From Daphnia carinata (lineage: Eukaryota): a stretch of DNA of 64,000 bases. The notes below the pieces were generated by a model that saw nothing but the letters and a program-made list of their open reading frames with translations, searched no databases and was not told the origin of the DNA. Shown here piece after piece: positions 25,068-35,283 of the stretch (position 1 is its first letter; every line of letters starts with the position of its first letter). The stretch is taken from contig NC_081331.1 of assembly GCF_022539665.2 (NCBI RefSeq), positions 2,852,001 to 2,916,000 on the forward strand, in the 5' to 3' direction. Made by a program: the position numbers and the translations under genes.

Positions 25068-26640
25068 ATGGAGAAATACGCGCTAATAGCTCTTCTCATG
25101 GTGTTCAGCCTAGTTCAAGGTAAAAATCATTTTCGATCGCGAATTATCTCTAACAAATAGTGCTGATGAACACCAATATTTTTCTAGCTGGCAAATGCGC
25201 TGTGGGACCCAGATTGAAACACGAAATATCACCGTTATCAGCGTTCCGGCAAAAGGCAAGTAGTATAACTATATCGTATATGTTCATTGGTTGAAATGCC
25301 TGATGGACACGCTTATCGGCTTAATTTAATTACCTTTTATTTTTACAGCAAAGCCGCGAATTTGTTTGTCCAACTCAGGATGGATTCTACGCGATCCCAG
25401 GGTAAAACAGAATTCTGTCGTATTGTTTTTTGGTGAATTTTAACTGTTGAAATTCTTAGAGAGTGCAGTTCAAATTACTACGCTTGTGTGGGGGGGACAG
25501 CGATTCTTCAAGTATTCAGTTTTATAGTTTTAGTGGCCGTATGAATGAAAATGTTTCAAATTTGTAACTTATTTGCAATGCAGCAATGCTCAGGAACAGA
25601 TGTTTTCGACCCAGAAATTAAACGCTGTGTTCCTTACGCAGACGCTTCCTGTAATAATGGTAAAGCATAATTTGACCGTGGAACAGGCTTCTGGTAGTTG
25701 CCCGTCAAAGTAACATGTCTGATCTCGGTTTAGGTCAGACCACTACCGCACCAACTACTACTACTACGCGTACAACTGCAAGTACCACAACAAGCGCGCC
25801 AAGCGAATTTACTTGTCCGGCCCCCGATGGATTTTTCCCCATACCCGGGTAGATATAGAAACGGAAATGATTCTTAATTCAATACTTTAAGCCAGTTTTA
25901 TTGTTTCAACTTGCTTATGAAAAGGACATGTGACAGCGAATATTATATTTGCGTAGGAGGAAATCCAACCCTAACAGTAAGACTCGATGACAACCTGTAA
26001 ATAATTTAGCAACATAATGGCTTTTTTGTGTATCTTGTAATTTTGTAGAGGTGTCCCGGAGATACTATTTTTGACCCACAAACTTTAAAATGTGTGGCAC
26101 CCGATGATGCCTCATGCCGTAATTAAAAAGACTATTTCCATTGTAATGGAAGGTATTAAAAAACTAACCGCGGGTCCCTTTTCTTTGTTCTGTAGTTCAA
26201 ACATTCACCTGCCCTACTCCAGAAGGCTTTTACCCAATACCAGGTATGTTTTGCTACAATGGAAGTTTGCAAAAATTTGGTTCGGTTTTGAGTTATAGTA
26301 AATTATTAACTGATTTGCTACTTCAGGAACGTGCTCCAGTGATTTTTATGTCTGTGTGTCAGGATCCCCCTACGTTTCGGTAATTTATCCCAACAGCTTA
26401 CTTGCAAATCACTACCCTGTGTACCTTATAAGCTTTAGTTTGCTTCTTTTCTCGATTATTTCTTTATTACTTTGATTACTCTTGTGCACAGACGTGTCCA
26501 AATGGAAATATCTTCGATCCAGTTACACTAATATGTACGTCCCCTGGTGAAGCTTCATGTTGTAAGTACTAATCCTAACGGAAATAAGAGAATTCGCGCT
26601 GAATTTTGAATTGTCTTTAGCGGCCGTAATAAGAAAATGA
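25068..26640 (+). CDS. Peritrophin-like gene 7: signal peptide plus 3 CBM14 with a Thr linker; contains a GC-AG intron
   Basis: Starts MEKYALIALLMVFSLVQ|AGKCAV. Domains begin FVCPTQDGFY, FTCPAPDGFFP and FTCPTPEGFYP. Ends EASC|SAVIRK*. Confidence 0.88.
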
Positions 26641-28701
26641 ATCGTGCTAAAAGTTCGGATCCCTCGATCGCACATTTTTAACGGTTAGACGAGGTATACT
26701 AGTATATATAGCAGTTAAATTGTTTTTGTTTAGCCAATTAAAGAAGTTGTAATGATTCAGATGAAAAATCCAACCTGTTTTAGCTGACTACTTAAAAATA
26801 GTCGGCAAATTAATTTGGACCAACCAATGCCGGGTTTCCTTCTGACTGTGAATTTATTGTTTTCTTTTTTTTTTCAAGGTAAAAGACAAATATATTTGAT
26901 AAATGAACACTGTGGTTTGAAACCAGGTTTGCTTTTCAAAGTATACTGCTAATACTTCCTTTTGTATAAGTATCTGTAATGAAAGTCGAGCTATATTTTT
27001 GTGTCTTCAACCATAAGCATAATTCAATTAATTGTATAAAAACAATCAGGTGCGCTAACGTGATCCTCAGCGGATGACGAAACTGGACTTAAGTAGGTAT
27101 GTAGTTTTGGAGTCCAATAAAGCGATCTAAAATGTTTAAGAAAATGGGGTCATGGAAAAGCGTAATTGCATCAAGAAATACCATAAAAATTTACTGCATG
27201 GATCGATTTTAATGCAGACAATGTTTTACGGTTTCCCCTTGACCCGGATATGCATGTTTTCGTCTATCAAGATATAGGGATTTATGCTGGGTAAACACCA
27301 GTTTATTAATCCCTGACGGTGACCCAACTATTGGTTGGGGAAAAAAGTAAGCTTAACTCGTAGATTTCTTTGAATAATTTTCATATTCTAACATGCGTCA
27401 AGTTTCCGCTACCCAAGAAATTTCAGTTGACAACAGAATGTGGATCTTAAAAATGAGCGGTATAATCCGCTAGTTAGGGGTAGATTTCTTAATTTCTTTA
27501 GAAGAAGCATAAGGAAAAGTGCTTTTCAGTTGCCTAGATATCGAATTACTTCATACGAAGTAAACTAAAAGCGAATTGCGAAAGGACTATGATGACAGCG
27601 TGCGTCTATCCGGTTGCCTCCCATTTTGATCGTTCTGGAAGTCATATTGCCATTGGGTGACGCATCCGGCATACGCAGTCGCAATGGTTGACGGGTGGCT
27701 TAGCAGGTGAAATAAAAATGCGACATCAAATATTTGCCTCTTACGGTGCGTCAAACTGTGATAAAAAAAAACTTAGAAGGTGGTAGGGAACGTAGTCCCT
27801 GCGTTAAGGTGTGGCTGATACGATATGAATTGAAACTTTTCGCTTGGTTTACTTTTGTCAAAGCAAAATTTTCGTGTGAAACACCTACTTGAATTGGTAA
27901 ACACAGATTTTTTAACTATTGGTTTCCTTTCTGTTTTGGCTATAGTTCAGAATTCGTGTATGGCATTCAAATTAGATTTATCTTCACATGTCATAAAATT
28001 TTATTATTCTACAAACACGATTGACCTTTCAGGCCTATTGTTTATGACACTTCGGTCTTGTTCGCTTATGTGTCTTTTACTATCGTTAATACAAGAGACA
28101 CGTAGACTAAATTTTTATCGGAAAGGTCAAACGGTGTGAAGTTTTCGGTGCGTGTTGACCTTTGATGATTATGTACCGCAATGAACACATACTTTTAAAA
28201 AATTCAATAAAGGTTTTTCTCCTATGCATGTATTGCGTACGTTTTTGGCCTCTATTGCACAGTAACTTGTTCCTCACACGTTATCAGTTCGTTTTGCCTA
28301 TATTATTCATCTTTTATTCTATTATTGTATTACTTTTTTCTCTTCTCACTTATCTTATATAATTAAGGGTGTGCCCGTTGTGAGACCAAAAAAAGAATTA
28401 AACAATTAACTGTAATGATTTACGATAATAGCATGTGCTTAACTGATGTGGGTAACACAAAAAGTCCCTTGTTGTTGATTACGAATGCCATCCATGCTAC
28501 CTCATAACCGCTGACGAGCTCGGATAACAAAACTATCGAACGAGATAGCACCAGACACATTATGACAAGTGTCTGGTACCCTTAAAAAAAATTATTTGCT
28601 TCTGTGTTTCTGTGACTTAGTGCTGTGATTTAAAAAACTTGAAACAAACACACACACACACACACAAAAAAAATATTAAAACAACAGGGAACCAGTCGAA
28701 A

Positions 28702-30504
28702 ATGTTACGTTTGTCAGTTGCATCGTTTCTGCTGCTTGGTTGCATTCAAGGTAAAATTACTGTATCTCATAAATCTTTAGTGCTCCAACTACACATTTTA
28801 TTTTTCCCTGGACCAGTAAGCATTGCGAAACAAGATTTAGAAGCTCTCAAACGAATGGTAATTCCATAATCCTTCTGACTTTATGGTGATCATGCAACGT
28901 TTCCTTATCGATACAGATGACATTTCTGTGTTTCGTCACAGTATAATGCCCAGTTGGTTTTTTTTTTCTTTCTATTAAGCAACAAGAAGTTCATGATGTC
29001 CAAAAAGTTGTGGCTGCAGAAGCAAGGGACATTAATCTGGGAGTCAGCGATTTTCAATGCCCACCTGGCTACGTTATTTACCCTGACATTCAATGTAATC
29101 GTTACTATACTTGTTACGGAGGCCAACCTACCTACTTATGGCAGTGCAACGGTGATCTGCTATTCGACCTTGTTTACAACGGATGCAACTGGAAAGAACA
29201 AGTTGACTGTGGGGATCGCATTCGTCCTGATCAAGGTAATCTGTTGATTTATAATTTTACTTTTCACATCAGGCAAAAAAAGATTAGGTTGTATTTGCTT
29301 TGACAAACAGTGACGACATCTACACAAGTAGCGACGACATCTACACAACCTCAATCAAATTTTACCTGCCCAGAGCCGAACGGTTTCTTTGCTGCTTATC
29401 CAGATTATTGTTCTTCAGTGTTCTACGAGTGTCTTGATGGAGTTGCTTATCTGGCCGTAATCACGCTAATTCTCTTTAAGTCACTTTAATCTATTTAATC
29501 AAACTCTTTTGATTATACCGTCCACTACACAGCAATGCCCAGCTTATGGTGTCTTTGATCCTGTTGCTCAAGTATGTGTTTCACCTGATTCACCGGCTTG
29601 CACACAATATAGTAAACATTCTGATTGCTAGACTTTAACCTTGCCTGTAAACAAATTTATATAATATTAAACTTTACATTTTTTTTCAAGCAACCATCCT
29701 TCCATCAACTACTCAAACACCAACAACCAGTGCACCACCCGTCTTTCAGTGCCCAGCTGAAGATGGCTTCTATCCGATAGACGGTATTCTTTGAAACAAT
29801 AGCTTATAAGCAATGTACAAAATCATTCTTCTGTGATTTGAAATTTTTGATAGAATTTACTTGTAGTGCCAACTATTATTCATGTGTTGATGGTACCGCG
29901 TATGTCGAGGTAATGTGCGATGTCTGATAGGTTATATTATACTACAACTTCAATTTTGGTCATTTAGACTTGTCGAGGAAGTAGTGTGTTTGACCCAGTT
30001 CAAAAAGTGTGCACAACTGACAGTTCTTACTGTGGTAGGCTACATACTTTAATATTTCATTAATACATTTGATTTTATTGATAGTTTGCTTTATACAATC
30101 AGGTTCATTAACAACATCAGCTGGTTCTGCTTCAACGACCTTGCGAACAACTACGTCGTTGCCTCTAGTATCGACGACAACTTCTCCATCTGGAACATCC
30201 GCCCCATTTACCTGTCCAGAGCCAAACGGCTATTTCGCCGATCCGAATTCCTGCTCCCAGTACTACCAATGCGCCAACGGCATTCCAAACCTATTTGTAA
30301 ACATTGACCGTAGCCATTTGTACGTAGAGCAATTTAGTAATATTTAAACCCATTCTTGCTTTTTTTTTCCAGATCTGTCCGGGAGGACTGGTTTTCAACC
30401 CGGTAATTTCCCAGTGCGATTGGCCGTCTAACGTACCAGGCTGTGGGGCGTCATTGGTTCAGGTTGGTCAAAGTTTGTTTATCGTTCATAATCGTAGGCA
30501 ATGA
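28702..30504 (+). CDS. Peritrophin-like gene 8: signal peptide plus 4 CBM14 separated by Thr/Ser linkers (3' end uncertain, 30504 or ~30550)
   Basis: Starts MLRLSVASFLLLGCIQ. Domains: FQCPPGYVIYP...CGDRIRP, FTCPEPNGFF, FQCPAEDGFYP, and FTCPEPNGYFADPNSCSQYYQC|ICPGGLVFNPVISQCDWPSNVPGC. Confidence 0.85.
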
Positions 30505-31301
30505 AAGATTTATTTCAATGTCAACGTGTCAGGTTTTTTTTTGCTCCTAGTCCATTTTTTACACATGATTTGAAAGTATTGACACTCTGTCGACATACAC
30601 TTAAATCGCATGTTAATACTACCGATGTCAAAATGTAAGCCTTTTCAATGCAATCTAGAGAACAGCGGCTCCAATTTTTTTCAATGCCAACGAGTCCAGA
30701 AAAACATGCATAACCATACTTATCTCAATCAATATCCAGGTTGATAAACAGTAGAGAAGGTACTGGACGAAATGATAACATTTCTGCCCGTAGAGCTGCG
30801 TAGGTTAAACAACATCGATGGAAAACCCCCAATTCCGAGCTGTCAACACAACGATAAGTAGATAATCCTTCCCTAATTGTGACCCCCACTACACACATAA
30901 TGTTGAATTTCCGTTCACTAATGTTCCCAAATGGCTTCATTTCAATGTAAGACAGTGTAGGATTATTGTCTGTGTAAGGTCATAGAAGCATAATTCGAGT
31001 AATGCCGTAGCAATAAAACCCAATTGATTACGTCAGCTAGAAATTAATAAGAGGATATCAAAGGATTCCGGTATCTCTTTCTTTTTTCTCGTGATAGTGT
31101 TAATCCAGAATAGTTTCACAATCAAGAAAAATAGGAAATACAATTGTCAATGATTGCTGTGGCTGGCTGAACGATAAAGGAACATACTGGATATATGCTA
31201 ACCTTATATGTAGGCAATCCGTTTGAGGTTTCACATTTCAGAAAACTTAACCGAGAGAGTAAGTGTACCGAAACGCGACGTCGTATAACTTTTATATCTT
31301 A

Positions 31302-33683
31302 ATGACGAAACCTTTGTTAGTAGTCGTAGCCCTCGTTTGCCTTCACGGTAAGTTTATTTATTTTAAAATCACGTTGCCCCCCGTTTGGAAAAATTTAACG
31401 AATTTCAAATGAATGCAATTACAGGGTGGAATGTAGCGTCGGCAATGCCACAACAATCATTCAAGTCATTCTGGCTTGAAGACACAACACTCAATCATGA
31501 GGTAAACACAGCTTTCTGTTTATTTTTTCCTTTTCACCAATTATATCCGTTAATTTTCTGTGGCGTATATTTGTTACCTCGAAACCATGAGCATTTTTTT
31601 CCCTCTCTTGTTCTTTTCATGTTTTTAAAAGGCAACTGCATTTTTTTTAAAGCAATTGTTGCTTTGATGTTCAAACCAGAATATTTCTTGGTTGAAGTGA
31701 ATAACGTGCAATTATTAATACATCGTATACCTATTTAGCCTGATTACAGGAATAACGCATTGTGCACTGGGCAACCCGATGGCTTTTACCCGGATGAAGG
31801 ATGCACAGCGAATTACTATGCATGCATCGAACAGATCTACTACCCGCAGGTAATCACACAATAATATTTAAATTTTTTTAAATTTAAATGTTTAGTTATT
31901 TTCGTAAATATTTTTCCACCATCTTAAACTGTTGCGAAATCAATAGGTTTGCCCGAACGGAGTCATCTTCGATCCGGCGCTTCTTAAGTGTGTATCTCCT
32001 GACACAGCTTCGTGCATAAGTAATTCCTTTTCAGAATTCGTTTTTATTTGTTCGGTTCAATATGACGTGCACACTTAATTATCAGAACTTGCGGGAATGT
32101 TTTTTAAAAACCAATTAATCTTTATTGATCAGCCACTATCCCTCCAACGACCACGACGACAATAAAGCCTTTCAGCTGTCCAGCTGATGGCTACTATCCA
32201 GTTGCTGCGTGCAGTTCTAGCTATTACATATGTATAGGCACTGATGTTTATCCCCAGGTCTGTAAAGGACGAAGACAAATTTTTATGTGAATACCTCCAA
32301 AGTTGACCATCTTGCATGAAATCTTAGATGTGCCCTGGAGGTGGTGTTTTTGAACCTTCATTATCGACCTGCGTCTCCGCGAGTACAGCCCCGTGCAAAG
32401 GTATTTGAACTTCATTGTTTGATTTAATGCATTGACTTCATAATATTTCGATGACGTTCCACAGCCACAACAACGACGTCGACGACTACCACGACAACGA
32501 CCACTACACTGACACCATTTACCTGCACAGCCGATGGATTTTACGAAATTGCTCCTTGCATGCAGACGTATTACATTTGCGTTGGAGGAGTTGAATATCC
32601 AGAGGTAAATATTCGACTGGAACGCGCATCTACAAACAATCGAAATTATGCAAGTTTTGGATTTTTGTTCTTTAATTATTACGATTTGGTTGGTAGTCCT
32701 GTCCAGGAACTGGTATTTTTGTGGGACCGCCCACTTCTGCTTGCAAACGCCCAGAAGACACTACTTGTTGTAAGTTTCCAGCTTTTTTAGCCTTTTTTTT
32801 CTTCATTAGCACATTTAAAGCTTTATTTTTCAAACTGATGTAAAAATTAATTTTTAGTTTTGACAACTGAACTTCCAACGACGGAAGCCTTAACCACCGA
32901 GCCTACAACCACCGAGCCTACAACCACCGAGCCTACAACCACCGAGCCTACAACCACCGAGCCTACAACCACCGAGCCTACAACCACCGAGCCTACAACC
33001 ACCGAGCCTACAACCACCGAGCCTACAACCACCGAGCCTACAACCACCGAGCCTACAACCACCGAGCCTACAACCACCGAGCCTACAACCACCGAGCCTA
33101 CAACCACCGAGCCTACAACCACCGAGCCTACAACCACCGAGCCTACAACCACCGAGCCTACAACCACCGAGCCTACAACCACCGAGCCTACAACCACCGA
33201 GCCTACAACCACCGAGCCTACAACCACCGAGCCTACAACCACCGGGCCTCCAATCACCCCACCTCCAACCACCGTGACTTCAACTCCAGCGGGCCCAACT
33301 CCAGCCTGTACCTGTCCAAATGGTGTTAGCACATGTTACCAACCTTTACGCCCAGATATTTGCATACAAGATTATTATACCTGCTTCAATGGAAACTTAT
33401 ATCCTCAGGTATAAGATCAAAAATGATAAGCTTATATTGCTACTGCAGGCAATAACGTGAAAATATTTGAAACATGTTTTTTTTTCCATTTCTCGGTTCA
33501 GAGTTGTTCCTACCCTAACGTATTTGACCCCGTACTTAGTGGATGCACAGGACCGAGTTACGCGTCGTGCTCTAGTAAGTATTTTATTTTGTTTTATTCT
33601 ATTTCTAAAGGTTTCTGGGACCGAAATATTGACAAGTGATTGATCTGTTTTCAGAAACTACCACTGCTACGTCATCGCCATAG
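31302..33683 (+). CDS. Peritrophin/mucin-like gene 9: signal peptide, 3 CBM14 with Thr linkers, (TEPTT)23 mucin tract, CBM14
   Basis: Starts MTKPLLVVVALVCLH|GWNV. Domains begin LCTGQPDGFYP, FSCPADGYYP, FTCTADGFYE and CTCPNGVSTC. Ends KTTTATSSP*. Confidence 0.87.
32896..33240 (+). repeat. Coding 15-bp perfect VNTR ACCGAGCCTACAACC x23 (TEPTT)
   Basis: 345 bp of identical units. Confidence 0.97.
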
Positions 33684-34379
33684 CTCCACTGTTTTCCAGT
33701 TTGGTAAGTCGCCATTATAACTACTTTGCAGATGGACTTATTTGGTTCAAACTTCTATCTCTTAATTTGTTTGCGCTAGAAGAAGCAGGACACTAATCTG
33801 GATTCTATGCCTAGCTCGTGATTGCGAAGGGCAATTTGAAGGATGTGGTCGGCCTCCTGAAATTCCATCTTTTACTAACAATTTCGTTAACAATGTAGTA
33901 AACAACATCGTTATACAGTATTTAGATTCAAATATTATGCAGAAATCGTAGTAATACAGCACGAAACTGAGTACAATGTTATTTGGTCCGTAAAGTTCCG
34001 ATTGGTTTCCTGCGATTACTCTACTGTCTGACCCAACTTAATTTCCTTGGCATTTGTGTAAATATATTTACATCCGTTCGTTTGAAACATTTGGCTTCGT
34101 TTGAAATGCGAAAAAAAATGATACTAATTAAAAATATTTATAGAAGCACTGTTTAAAGATTAAGAACAATTTACAGGAAATGTTACTCGTGAAGAAACAT
34201 TTGTCATGAATGCTCGCGATTATGCCAAAACCGGAATCAGGAAGGTGTAGTTTTAATGAGAAGGTAGAATGTAACAAATCCAACATGAAATCTGTAGTCC
34301 ATTTGTGCATAACCAACTCTGCCTTTTTGTTGTATTCCGTCATTATGACGTAATTTGTTACAAGGTGACAGAACTTCCG

Positions 34380-34802
34380 ATGTTATTAGTTGCATCAGGC
34401 GAGGCAAGGATAACGTGATCCATCCTGATCTGCATTTTCTTTGCCCCAATGATGACGGCAAAGAAATGGCGGTGTATCATCCATTTGATTAGTACTCGTA
34501 GCAAGTTTCATTGACATAGTTGCAACTTCCACCACTGGTCTACCTGCGGAGCCTAGTTTATACGCGCCGAAGATGAATTCTTTCCTGTTAGTCCCGACGC
34601 CTGTTTAACTGAGTTTTTCAATGGCGTAGAAGGCGTTGCTCATCTTCAGGTAAAGGATACTTTAAAGACCTAAGAATACAATAATTTTTCTGTTAAAGTG
34701 TGATGTGCATTACATTTTAGGCGCGGCGTGGAATTGGTATAGCTGAGCTGAGCCAAAATACCTGAACCTGCGCTGTTCCGGATCATGCCCTTTGTGCGCA
34801 AA
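34380..34802 (+). pseudogene. Decayed paralog of peritrophin gene 8
   Basis: Fragments VASGEAR and NVIHPDLH match gene 8 VAAEAR and YVIYPDIQ. FFPVSPDACLTEFFNGVEGVAHLQ|gt matches FFAAYPDYCSSVFYECLDGVAYLA with one Cys lost. The next exon has an in-frame TGA, then CAVPDHALCAQ|gtaag. Confidence 0.65.
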
Positions 34803-35283
34803 GTAAGTAATTTTCCTCACTCCAAGAGTTTTTCTAATCACTTATAGAGCCGGATAACAAATCAATTTGTGATACAATCTTTTTTAAAAAGATTCAAACC
34901 CATCAAATGATATAAGTGGTTATCCTGGCGGTATCGTTTAGTTATTCCATATATATTTTGCAAGGATCCCCTACAACAGCGTAAATCCAAACATGGTGCA
35001 AAGCAATAACCCAGCCTACTAAAATAATATCTACCCTGCCATATGCCTGTATGCTGGTGTCTAAAGGTTCCTCATCGGGTGCTCAGCCTTGGTTTCTTTC
35101 CGGTGTAGGTAACACTTATATCGGTCATCGATAGATACCGTTATCGGCATAAAATGTGATTTGTTTGTCAAGACTTCTAGCTTATCTATGAAGTGATGAA
35201 AAATCTTGTCCGACACATCTCATTTTGAATTGTGCTGATGCAGTTTCCGTATTAGAATACTGCAACGATCACAAGAGAAAAGT

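Noticed and set aside
28550..28578. Inverted repeat ACCAGACAC...GTGTCTGGT upstream of gene 8
   Set aside because: A single 9-bp stem that is not shared by the other cluster promoters and is compatible with chance.
32896..33240. Regular short repeats as a CRISPR-like array
   Set aside because: There are no unique spacers, the repeat is an in-frame coding VNTR, and the genome is eukaryotic.
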